Shown here: positions 1 through 10,704 of the stretch, piece by piece
How positions within the stretch are numbered: the stretch's first letter is position 1
How the letters are laid out: every line of letters begins with the position of its first letter
DNA from: Eledone cirrhosa
Lineage: Eukaryota
Assembly: GCA_964016885.1 (NCBI GenBank)
Contig: OZ024763.1
Location: forward strand, 18,662,001-18,726,000
Length of the DNA stretch: 64,000 bases
Reading direction: 5' to 3'
Position numbers and translations under genes: made by a program
Notes under the pieces: model-generated
What the model saw: the letters and a program-made list of their open reading frames with translations, nothing else
Told to the model about the DNA's origin: nothing
The model's database searches: none

Positions 1-78
1 TATTTAGACCCCCAACAGAACCCAACCCAACCTATTTTATAACATGTGGGATTTCTAGTAATGTATGTTTTTTTAATG

Positions 79-169
79 TATTGGGTCGTCAAATATGAAA
101 TTTGTAGAAATTTTTTTTTTTTTTTTTTTGCTACAAGTTTCTACAAATTTCATACTTGACGACCCAATA
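79..169. repeat. Short inverted repeat around a poly-T spacer
   Basis: TATTGGGTCGTCAAATATGAAATTTGTAGAAA (~79-109) pairs with TTTCTACAAATTTCATACTTGACGACCCAATA (138-169), with 1 mismatch. Confidence 0.8.
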
Positions 170-411
170 TAAAGACAATTAATTGCTGCAGGAATGCTGC
201 CACTTAAAATATAATTTTGCAGGCAATAGATTAGCAAAAGTTAATAAGTGGGGTGGTGGTGGGGAGGGGGGGGGGGGGGCAGGAGGGACAGGAAAGACCC
301 GAGTGTCTGTTAAAACTGCAACCTTTCTTTCTACCCTTTAAAGGTCTGTTCACTATATTTTTCTATCTGTATAAATAATACATTGAAACTAAGCAGTTTC
401 TCATACAAACC

Positions 412-443
<32 letters not shown>

Positions 444-473
<30 letters not shown>

Positions 474-1972
474 ACGTTTAACGTCCGTGTTCCACGCTTG
501 CATGGGTTTGGACGGGGGTAGTCCCACTTGAGGCAAGAGTGATTGTCTTGCTCGCATAGGACTGTCTGGCAGGTTTTCTACAGTTGGATGCCCTTCCTAA
601 CACCAACCACATTTACAGTGTGGGGCTGGGAGGTTTTTACCGTGTTGCCTACACGGCCACATTACAGCGTGGACTGTGTGTTTTTTTTGTCGTGACACCT
701 ACACGATCTCATTTGTTTCGGCCTCGATGGCGCGGCACCAACATAAATTTACATAGAACGGGGTGGTGTGGATGGGGTGGTGGTGGTGGTGGTGGGACGG
801 GGTGTATTTTGTTAGAGATGCCTACTGGCTGGAGTAGGTTTTACTATATATTTAGGTAAGGCGGGTCTTCTCTGTTACTGAGTACCGCCAAAGGTCTCGG
901 TCCAGTGACATTGTCTTGGAGAGGTGTAAGTGTGTGATGTCGGAGTTTATCAGCTCGTCCCAGGTTTTTCTAGGTCTGCCTATTCCGTGACTACCGTCTA
1001 TCTTTATTGCCCTGCACTTTGTTATACAGCTATCGACTTTCATGCGCATCACGTGTCCATACCAACGTAGCCTTCTCTCGAGTAAACAACATCTGATCCC
1101 TCTTATCTCTAATTTTTTCCTTAGTTCGTTTATGCTTTGCCGTTCACGTATATTACTGTTACACATCCAGCGGAGCATGCAAGCTTCGTTCCTCTCTAGT
1201 CTGCGTATATCCTCTGCACACAATGCCCAGGTCTCACTGCCATGCAGCATTGCTGTTCGTATGCAGGCATCGTACAACCTGCCTTTCATTTTTAGGGAGA
1301 ACCCTTTAGCAGCTAATAGTGGTATAAGCTCTCTGAACTTTTTCCAACCAGTTCTGACTCTAGCTACAGTACTTTCAGAGCACCCTCCCCCACTGCTGAT
1401 TTTATCGCCCAGGTAACGGAAGCTGTCCACTATTTCTATAGAACCCTCTGCGCAATTGAAAGAGCTAGTATTTTGTGGGCACTTGCTGCTACTTATTGCA
1501 CCAGAACACCGGCCACATGTAAAATCTATGTTCTTAGTTAGCTTACCTGTGATCCCACTACATCTTTTATGCACCCATACTTTGCATTTAGGACATAAAA
1601 TGGAGTTTCTACCTACGCCTTTCCTACACACCGAGCACGACCATTTCCCAGAAGGGACCGCCGCCTTGTTTTCTTTCCTACAAACTAGTACTTTGGTCTT
1701 AGCCAGGTTAATTTTAAGTCCTTTTGACTCTAGGCCGTGCTTCCATGTTTGGAATTTCTTCTCTAGCTCTCGGCCATTGATTCCGCTATGAGTGTCAGGT
1801 CGTCTGCGTATAGGAGTTCCCATGGGAAGCCTGTCTTGAACTCCTCTGTTATAGCCTGAAGGGCAATAATAAATAGTAGGGGGCTGAGAACAGAGCCCTG
1901 ATGGACGCCAACTTTTACGCTAAACTCTTCACTATATTCGTTGTTAATTCTAACCTTGCTGACTGTTTCTTT
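444..1972 (-). mobile_element. 5'-truncated RTE-clade LINE (family 1): RT C-terminal half, 3' UTR and (GAT)n tail
   Basis: Minus-strand peptides GVHQGSVLSPLLF, LLYADDL, KINLAKTK, FRYLG, HGSETW, RRLRWYGHVMR and GRPRKTW. Frameshift near 1765-1775. 3' UTR 472-851 ends in (TCA)n on + at 444-471. The 5' break is at a (TA)n run. Confidence 0.92.
852..1972 (-). pseudogene. Frameshifted RTE reverse transcriptase fragment with embedded C4HC3 (PHD-type) finger
   Basis: The YADD frame (ORF 1763..2116) and the thumb/C-terminal frame (ORF 852..1823) are joined by a frameshift. CSVC-x10-CPKC-x4-H-x2-C-x14-CGRC lies at about 1506-1637. Confidence 0.88.
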
Positions 1973-1975
1973 ATT

Positions 1976-2045
<70 letters not shown>

Positions 2046-2172
2046 GTATGCACACACACATGTGTGTGTGTATGAGTGTGTATTTGTATACTTCCCATAC
2101 ACACCCTGCAGGACAAAAAACAAAACCTGACAAAGGGCGGAAGAACTCATAAGAGTCAATGGCCATCCAAAA

Positions 2173-2262
2173 ATGTGTAAATATGTATATACATGTATGC
2201 ATGTGTAAATATGTATATACATGTATGCATGTGTAAATATGTATATACATGTATGCATGTGT
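2173..2262. repeat. 28-bp tandem repeat, about 3 copies
   Basis: ATGTGTAAATATGTATATACATGTATGC repeated. Confidence 0.85.
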
Positions 2263-2397
2263 AAGTGTATGCGCGAGGGCATAGAAATAATCGGGCTGGA
2301 TACCTGATCGCGCAGCAAGACTTTAGTGTATGTACACTCCATATTCTTCGGAGATTCCGGCTTGTATCTGCCGATATTACTTCTTGTTGTTTTGATT

Positions 2398-2435
2398 GCC
2401 CTGATGAGTCCTTAATAGGACGAAACATTGTCGGC
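2398..2435 (+). ncRNA. Minimal type I hammerhead ribozyme (family A)
   Basis: GCC-CTGATGA-GTCCT(TAAT)AGGAC-GAAA-C(ATT)G-TC^GGC. Intact core, 5-bp stem II, minimal stem III, GUC cleavage triplet after 2432. Stem I GCC/GGC extends to ATTGCC/GGC(T)AAT. Confidence 0.88.
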
Positions 2436-2480
2436 TAATACAAACTTTTGATGTATTAAAAGATTCTTTGTTTTACTCTC

Positions 2481-2530
<50 letters not shown>

Positions 2531-2537
<7 letters not shown>

Positions 2538-2920
2538 ATACTTGGGGAGGGTCATATTTGTGTAATATTGCCAGAATTAATAACAGAACACACTCACTGT
2601 TTGGTTGGTTTTCGCTTCTCGCTTCTGTGTCTTTTATATCGGTAATCTAATCTACTCGGTCCTCAATGTTGCCATTGACTGACCGGCGGTCAAAAATAAT
2701 ACAGATACAATATAGACACAAACACATATATATAGTTTATCATAAATCTTTCGTTGCACATCTGCAACATCGTCAGTGGTGTTATCGTTTCCTCCTGTTG
2801 TATTATATGTCTACGCCATTTTTATTCAGTCTGTCTATATATTTATTTATCTATTTATTTATTTATTTATTTCGACACACGATTTCATATAAAAAACCTC
2901 GCAAAACTAATTCATCGCCG

Positions 2921-2922
<2 letters not shown>
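2531..2922 (-). mobile_element. Non-coding dispersed repeat (PLE pLTR-like, family H) with HHR-like core
   Basis: Homologous to 51305-51760 and 13655-13750. Minus strand 2749-2776 reads CTGACGA-T-GTTGCA(GATG)TGCAAC-GAAA. Flanked by (TA)n. Confidence 0.7.
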
Positions 2923-2956
<34 letters not shown>

Positions 2957-2965
2957 TTATATATC

Positions 2966-3075
2966 TCATCATCATTATCATCATCATCATTTTACGTCCG
3001 CTTTTTCCCTGCTTGCAAGGGTGGGACGGGAACTGATACTGGCTTGATTTCTACAGCTGGATGCCCTTCCTAACA
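2966..3075 (-). mobile_element. SINE 3' fragment (RTE-type tail)
   Basis: TTTTACGTCCGCTTTTTCCCTGCTTGCAAGGGTGGGACGGGAACTG...GGATGCCCTTCCTAACA is the same as the SINE 3' ends at 12119 and 28550. Confidence 0.85.
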
Positions 3076-3613
3076 ACCAGTGGCTGGATAATCTTTAAGA
3101 TTTTCCTCAATGAAGCAGCAAAAATGCAGGTTTTCACCTGTGGGCCCTAGGGGATCAAGAAAATGAATTTTTTTTTATGTGCATAATATGCCTTGAAATT
3201 TCTGGAAAATTGGCTAGACGTAACGCCTAAAAAAAGCCCTAAAAAGCTGAAAAAAGTTTTTCACCTGATGCGGGCCCTAGGCCATAACAAGTTGGATTTT
3301 CTTTGCTCACGGTATGAAGAAGAGACTGACTAATACATAGTTACAATTTCAAGGAAAGTGGTCTGACGTAATGCCTCAAAAAACCCCCCTAAAAAGCTGA
3401 AAAAAAAACGCAGTTTTTCACCTAATGCGGGCCTTAGGGGATCAAAAAGTTGAAGTTATGTGCATAACACTCCCTGAAACATAAGTAATTTACATGTAAA
3501 GTTTGAAAAAAATCGGTTGGGTCCTTCTCAAGTTTTAGGGATTCAAACTCACAGACAGACAGACAGACACACACACACACACACAGACATCCTCAGTTAT
3601 ATATATATATAGA
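3075..3613 (-). mobile_element. Putative non-autonomous Helitron-like element
   Basis: The minus strand starts ATCTATATATATATAACTGAGGATGTCTGTGTG (TC start followed by a (GTCT)/(GT) tract). Degenerate internal repeats TTTTCACCT..GGGCCCTAGG occur at about 3131, 3258 and 3415. Confidence 0.45.
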
Positions 3614-3745
3614 TATATATATAAAGTGTTTACTCCAACCCAACATAGCTATATACATACATGTATGTGATGTTTGTATATCTAAAAATATACAACATGT
3701 TTACAAATAAACATTTGAAAGCCTTTCAGCTATTAATTTTAAAGT

Positions 3746-3876
3746 TGACGTCTGGCGCCACCTCCCTAGTTCCCAGCAGAAACAAGGGGAAGTCACTGAC
3801 AGCTGTTACTGGCTTGTATGGTCGTTGTCACGGTAACATACCCCCTCCCTCGCCTCATACTGTAAGCCAATGACAG
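3746..3876. promoter_or_regulatory. Candidate cis-regulatory island
   Basis: Unique CpG-containing stretch with TGACGTC (3746), GCGCCACCT (3755), TGACAGCTG (3797), GTTGTCACGGTAAC (RFX X-box-like, 3824-3837) and AGCCAATGA (3865). Confidence 0.35.
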
Positions 3877-4187
3877 AAAAGGGAGAGAAGGGTCACCTCA
3901 GTGTAGGTGGTGGTGGAGGGGGTTGATATGATAAACTTTCTCCTCTTTCCTAAATTGCTGGCCTTGTGCCTAGATTAGAAACTACTGTTACATTATATCA
4001 ACAGCTGTTACTGTTGTTGTCTGTGGTGGTGGTACTACTACTACTACTACCACCACCACCACCACCACCACTACTACTATTACTACTACTACTGTAACCA
4101 CCACCAACATATTGTAATGATTTGATCTGTTGGTGACAGCTGAAATTGTTACTTACATTTCTCTCTCTTTCTGACCCCCCTCTTTGT

Positions 4188-4255
<68 letters not shown>

Positions 4256-4256
4256 G

Positions 4257-4372
4257 CAGAGGTTATATTTAATTTGTTGGGATTGTATGTCAATATTTAT
4301 TTATAAAACAAATCTGTATTTTATCTGATGAAAGCGCACCATAATTTACCTTGGTTGCCCTTGAAATATATA
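4257..4372 (+). mobile_element. Truncated family C HHR element
   Basis: TATTTTAT-CTGATGA-AAG...CTT-GAAA-TATATA (core at 4325). The 3' arm of stem I is lost. It is preceded by an inverted copy of the element's 3' end (compare 15636-15660). Confidence 0.7.
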
Positions 4373-5385
4373 TATAGAAATCACATGAATCAAAGTTCTG
4401 TTTAAACCATTTATTTGCTTACAATTGTTTCGTCCAAACCGAGGTTTGGAATTTTCGGAGCAATTTTTCAATGATTGTTTACATACATGACCTCCTTTCC
4501 AACACAAGAGACATACAGATACATATGTATATATCGATGCACAGTGGGGTGACATCCATTATAATATTTTAGCATGGCAATTTAAATTCAAAAATTAAAA
4601 TCATATTAAAAAAAATTAAAACAAAATTAAAGTTAAAATACAACATCAGCAGTTTACGAAGATAATGCAAGGTGATAGTTTGAAGTAGTTAGTGTATGCA
4701 ATAGTTACACGTGGGGCATGCACGTGTGTCTTATTTATATAAGATTATTGTACGGCAAGGTGTTATATGCAATACAAGCACTTTAAGCGGGTAATCAAGA
4801 GTATTATGGGGGTTGTATTGGTAAAGTATTTTTTATGTATGATAAAGAAGCTTGTGTGCAGAGAAATATTAAAAATGAGAAGCAAAATATTTTGCTTCTC
4901 ATTTTTAATATTTCTCTGCACACAAGCTTCTTTATCATACAACCCCCATAATACTCTTGATTACCCGCTTAAAGTGCTTGTATTGCATATAACACCTTGC
5001 CGTACAATAATCTTATGTAAATAAAAAACACGTGCATGCCCCACGTGTAACTATTGGATACACTAACTACTTCAAACTATCCTCTTGCATTATCATCGTA
5101 AACTGCCGATGTTGTATTTTAACTTTAATTTTGTTTTAATTTGGTTTTAATATGATTTTAATTTTTGAATTTAAATTGCCATGCAAAAATATTATAATGG
5201 ATGTCACCCCACTGTGCATCGATATATACATATGTTTCTGTATGTCTCTTGTGTTGGAAAGGAGGTCATGTATGTAAACAATCATTGAAAAATTGCTCCG
5301 AAAATTCCAAACCTCGGTTTGGACGAAACAATTGTAAGCAAATAAATGGTTTAAACAGAACTTTGATTCATGTAATTTCTATATA
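4372..5385. repeat. About 1-kb spacerless palindrome (PLE-like inverted structure)
   Basis: Centre GAGAAGCAAAAT|ATTTTGCTTCTC at 4888/4889. The arms mirror each other: the same 61-aa peptide appears in ORFs 4346..4555(-) and 5201..5386(+). The left arm has a 22-nt insertion near 4819-4840. Confidence 0.93.
5293..5341 (+). ncRNA. Core-variant or degenerate type I hammerhead (family F); mirror copy at 4415-4463(-)
   Basis: TTGCT-CCGAAAA-T-TCCAAAC(CTCG)GTTTGGA-C-GAAA-C(AATT)G-TA^AGCAA. Stems I-III are formed, but CUGANGA reads CCGAAAA. Confidence 0.65.
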
Positions 5386-5547
5386 ACTGCTCTGTAGAAC
5401 AACTGATGTTGTTACATTGAGCTATTTATCTTACTGGTAATAAGGTAGTAATAAATTACTGTCTTTCACTGTTTAGGGTTTAAAATATATATAACTATAA
5501 AAGCTTTTAGTATATACATAACCATAAATAGTATCCTTAATACTATA

Positions 5548-5610
<63 letters not shown>

Positions 5611-5814
5611 CACATATAATCATCATCACCATCATCAATCAGACAACACACACGCCATTATCATCATCATCATCATCATCATTAACATTCAGGCACCATA
5701 TACACGTCTACACATCTACGATTATCATCATCATCATCAATAGTCAGACAACACACATACATATACACCCACCCATCTCTACCATTATCATCATCAGTCA
5801 GCCAACACACACAC

Positions 5815-6316
5815 ACACCACCACCACCACTACCACCGCAACCATCACCACCGCCACCACCTCAATCACCACCACCATTGCCACAACCACCATCACCACC
5901 ACCACTGCCACAACCACCATCACCACCACCACTGCCACCACCACCATCACCACCACCACTGCCACCACCACCACTATCACCACCACCCCATCACCACCAC
6001 CATCACCACCACCACCACCATCACTAACATCACCACCACCACCATCACCACCACCACCAGTATCACCACCACCGCCATCACCACCACCATCACCACCACC
6101 ATCACCACCACCACCACCAATATCACCACCACCGCCATCACCACCAACATCACCACCGCCGCCATCACCACCACCATCACCAACATCACCACCACCATCA
6201 CCGCCATCACCACCACCACCACCGCCATCACCACCACCACCACCGCCATCACCATCACCACCAATATCACCATCACCACCACCACCAATATCACCACCAC
6301 CACCGCCGCCACCATC
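5815..6316. repeat. (CAC/CAT)n compound microsatellite
   Basis: ACC/ATC triplet runs. Confidence 0.95.
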
Positions 6317-6604
6317 AACTGTAAAATCCAGTCTAGTCAGTACATGTCATATTGATGTACTGACTGACAATCTACCTCTTACTCTCTCTCTCTCCCTCTT
6401 ACTCTCTCTACTCCTCCCTATGTCTCACTCCCATTCTGTGGATAAATATGTCTGTATGTATGTGTGTACATACACACACTTGTGTGTGTGTATGTATGTA
6501 TACACACACACGTGTGTGTATGTGTGTATACACACACACATGTGTGTGTGTGTATACACAGATACATATAGACATACTACTACTATATATATATATATAT
6601 ATAT

Positions 6605-6810
6605 ATAGGAACCAGTAAGACCCCGACAGCTGAGCTCAAGCCGTTTCGACGGCTAATTCTGGACTCATTCTGGACTCCAGAATTAGCCGTCGAAACGGCT
6701 TGAGCTCAGCTGTCGGGGTCTTACTGGTTCCTATTACCCACTCTACTACCTCAAGTATTGAGTACTTTGGTGCGTTATGGTCCACCTGGTTCCTTACCAC
6801 ATTTCCTTCG

Positions 6811-6812
<2 letters not shown>
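6605..6812 (+). mobile_element. PLE pLTR-like fragment (family G) with 59-bp inverted 5' end and the 3' half of a hammerhead
   Basis: Arms 6605-6663 and 6676-6734. TAGCCGTC-GAAA-CGGCT(TGAGCTC)AGCTG-TC^GGGGTC at 6684-6720. Related pieces at 7607-7745(+), 14067-14155(+) and 26680-26737(-). Confidence 0.75.
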
Positions 6813-6860
<48 letters not shown>

Positions 6861-6890
6861 ATACACACATACATATAGACATACTACTAC

Positions 6891-6923
<33 letters not shown>

Positions 6924-6970
6924 ATACACACATACATATAGACATACTACACTACTACTATATATATATT

Positions 6971-7059
6971 TTCCTTCCTACAAACTAGAACTTTAGTCTT
7001 AGCCAGGTTAATTTTAAGGCCTTTTGATTCTAGGCCATGCTTCCATGTTTGGAATTTCT

Positions 7060-7062
<3 letters not shown>
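6971..7062 (-). mobile_element. Internal RTE family 1 fragment
   Basis: Near-identical to 1670-1762. Confidence 0.85.
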
Positions 7063-7100
<38 letters not shown>

Positions 7101-7105
7101 AGAGA

Positions 7106-7158
7106 GAGATTCCTGATGATTTCTAAAGAATGAAACAGTTCTAGTCCTGTAGAATCTC
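7106..7158 (+). ncRNA. Type I hammerhead ribozyme (family B)
   Basis: GAGATTC-CTGATGA-T-TTC(TAAA)GAA-T-GAAA-CAG(TTCTAGTC)CTG-TA^GAATCTC. 7-bp stem I, GUA cleavage triplet after 7151. The element continues to about 7240. Confidence 0.85.
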
Positions 7159-7243
7159 ATCTATATTAAAACTTTTATACTCTGCAATGTATTGAGTACC
7201 TTACTTACTGTGGTTACCTCCGATTCAACCCGGAATAACGTAC

Positions 7244-7277
<34 letters not shown>

Positions 7278-7756
7278 TATATATACACACACATATATAT
7301 ATATGCACACATACACACACATATATGTATATATATATATATATATACACACACATATATATATATGCACACACACACACACACATATATGTATATATAT
7401 ATATACACACACATATATGTAATTATACATACATACACACATATATGTATATATATATATATACACACATATATGTATATATATATATACACACACATAT
7501 ATGTATATATACATACATACACACATATATATATATATGCACCTACCTGATGATGACTATGATATATATATATATATATGTATATATATGTATATATGAA
7601 AAAAGTCAGGATCTAGCTGTCGAATTGGCCGGAGCTCAGCCGTCGGGGTCCCAACTCCCAACCTATTACCCACTCTTCTACCTGAAGTATTGAGTACTCT
7701 GGTGCGTTATGGTCCACCTGGTATCTTACCACACCCTCTTTGTTATATATATATAA

Positions 7757-8440
7757 TGGAGGCTCATGGCTTAGTGGTTAGAGCATTGGGCTTGCAATCG
7801 AAAGGTTGTGAGTTCAATCCTCAGACCGAGTCATGTATTGTTTCCTTGAGCAAGACACTTTATTTCACATTGCTCCAGTTTACTCAGCTGTAGAAATGAG
7901 ATGATAGGGACTGGGCTCCCTATCATTCCACTCTAAAGTGGTCATGGAGGTGCCACGGCAAAAAAAGCACCCAGCCCACACTGTAAAGTGGTTGTGCAGG
8001 TGCCACGGTAAAAAAGCACCCAGCCCAGACTGTAAAATGGACGTGGAGGTGGCACGGTTAAAAAGCACCCAGCCCAGACTGTAAAATGGACGTGGAGGTG
8101 CCACGGTTAAAAAGCACCCAGCCCACACTGTAAAATGGACGTGGAGGTGGCACGGTTAAAAAGCACCAAGCACTCACTGTAAAATGGATGTGGAGGTGCC
8201 ACGGTTAAAAAGCACCCAGCCCACACTGTAAAATGGACGTGGAGGCGCCACGGCAAAAAAGCACCCAGCCCACATTGCAAAGTGGTCGTGGAGGTGCCAC
8301 GGAAAAAAAGCACCCAGCACTCACTGTAAATGAGGTTGGTGTTAGGAAGGGCATCCAACTGTAGAAATCAAGCCAGAATCAGTTCCCGCTCCACCCTTGC
8401 AAGCAGGGAAAAGCGGACGTAAATTGATGATGATGATGAT
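7757..8440 (+). mobile_element. tRNA-derived CORE-like SINE with about 8 internal 49-bp repeats and an RTE-type tail
   Basis: A box TGGCTTAGTGG, B box GAGTTCAATCC, CORE-like CCTTGAGCAAGACACTT...CAGTTTACTCAGCTGTAGAAATG, tandem CACACTGTAAAATGGACGTGGAGGTGCCACGG..AAAAAGCACCCAG, and a 3' end GGAAAAGCGGACGTAAA(TGA)n. Confidence 0.9.
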
Positions 8441-8441
8441 G

Positions 8442-8494
<53 letters not shown>

Positions 8495-8519
8495 AGGTAT
8501 GGCATGGTCAACTGGCCAG

Positions 8520-8848
8520 ACTTGAATCATAACATCGATGACCCATCTAACCCATGCTAGCGTGGAAGAATGGACGTCAAACGGTGATGATGATGATATA
8601 TCTATATGTATATCACTACCACCACCATCATCATCATCACCATTTAACGTCCATTCTTCCATGCTATCATGGGTTAGAAGGGTTGTCCTGTTGTGGGCAA
8701 TGCCAGGTCAGGTGACCATGTCTTGCTCATAGAGGAACTGATTTTGGCTTGATTTCTGCAGCTGGATGCCCTTCCTAACACCAACAGTGAGTGGTGGGTG
8801 CCTTTTTACAGTGACGCCTACACAACCACCTTACAGTGTGGACTGGGT
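8520..8848. mobile_element. Two SINE/RTE 3'-end fragments, tail-to-tail
   Basis: CCCATGCTAGCGTGGAAGAATGGACGTCAAACGGTGATG on + (to about 8596), and the reverse copy at 8625-8848. Confidence 0.75.
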
Positions 8849-8849
8849 G

Positions 8850-9159
<310 letters not shown>

Positions 9160-9170
9160 TATATACATAT

Positions 9171-9275
9171 AACTGGTCTGTTGGAGATGCAGGATATGGC
9201 AGCGATAATGAGGGACAGAGACCGCTGGAGAGAACTCGTCCATGGATCTCGGGAATTTTACCCGCCTTAGATAGA
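9171..9275 (+). mobile_element. Extreme 3' end of RTE-like LINE family 3 inside (TA)n
   Basis: Peptide [32 protein letters not shown], followed directly by TAGA/TA. Same as 13485-13650 and 14164-14318. Confidence 0.85.
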
Positions 9276-9294
9276 TATATATATATATATATAC

Positions 9295-9485
<191 letters not shown>

Positions 9486-9635
9486 TCCTTTGCTTGCAAC
9501 TCAAATTTCACTCCTCTACAAAAGCTGATGTTATGTCATGGAATTTGAGTTTTGAGAAGAATTAAGTTTAAATAAACAACATTCTTTAATGCATTTATTG
9601 AGGACTGTCTTATTCGGTCGTATACACACACACAC

Positions 9636-9703
<68 letters not shown>

Positions 9704-9709
<6 letters not shown>

Positions 9710-10125
9710 CGAACAAAGAACCATCTTCATCTTACAGACCCACCACTCCCCCCGGCCTGAACTCCCCACCCTTATTCCTTTAGCCTTCGACCGCCCCCCT
9801 CCCCTCACACATATCCCCCACTAACACCACTAACACACCCCTCCTTTTCACTGCCCACCCCACAACTAACAATACTAACACCTCCACTCCACCCCTCATC
9901 CGACCACCCTTCCCCAACTAACATACTAACATCCCTCCCTTCTTCCCCCCCCCCCCTCCTTATCACACGCACACACCCACCGGCACATATATACATGCGC
10001 TCACACTAAACACACACCCTACTACCACCACTAACCCTCACCCCATCAAAAGGTCCTTATACTCTGATGAAATATTTGGACGAAAGAAACAAAAAAAAAA
10101 AGATAAAATTGAGTATGTGTTGGTT
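9704..10125 (+). mobile_element. Penelope-like element 3' remnant (GIY-YIG C-terminus plus C-rich pLTR-like tail)
   Basis: RVEQRTIFILQTHHSP, a frameshift in the C-run, then GLNSPPLFL* (9705-9783). This matches the E-x3-I-x2-L-x-T-x2-P-x-GLN end of PLE GIY-YIG ORFs. Degenerate CTGATGA..GGACGAAA at 10064-10085. Confidence 0.6.
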
Positions 10126-10140
10126 GGTTATATATATATA

Positions 10141-10578
10141 TCATCATCATCATCATCATCATTTTACATCCGCTCTTCCCTGCTTGCAAAAGTGGGACGG
10201 GTCTTATTCAGCACAGCATCTCTCCACTCGTCACGGTCCCTCGTCATCTCCACCGTGAGCTTCAATGATCTGAGGTCTGTTCTCACCACCTCCGCCCATG
10301 TTTTTCGTGGTCTACCTCTACCACGTCTTCCTTCAACTGGCATTTCCTGGCACTTCTTCACCCATCGGTCATCCTCCATGCGCATCACATGTCCATACCA
10401 CCTCAGTCTCCTCTCCCGAACACTACATTCTATCCCTCTCAGACACAGTTTCTCTCTCAACACATTTATGCTGGGTCGTTCACGCACATTTACACTGCAC
10501 ATCCAACGGAGCATGCTTGCCTCATTCCTCTCCAGCCGTCGCATATCTTCTGCGGTTGCTGCCCATGTCTCACTACCA

Positions 10579-10581
<3 letters not shown>
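10141..10581 (-). mobile_element. RTE LINE 3' fragment (family 2)
   Basis: HGSETWAATAEDMRRLERNE...RRLRWYGHVMR...GRPRKTW, with a (GAT)n tail. Confidence 0.92.
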
Positions 10582-10632
<51 letters not shown>

Positions 10633-10654
10633 ATATATAGATAGATATATAGAG

Positions 10655-10700
<46 letters not shown>

Positions 10701-10704
<4 letters not shown>

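Noticed and set aside
4767-5386. Short Cys-containing ORFs in the large palindrome as PLE protein
   Set aside because: No convincing GIY-YIG or RT motif. The duplication of the ORF only reflects the palindrome.
7757-7830. tRNA gene (also at 15892, 31394, 55668, 27605)
   Set aside because: A and B boxes are present, but the acceptor and anticodon stems are imperfect and each continues into a SINE body.
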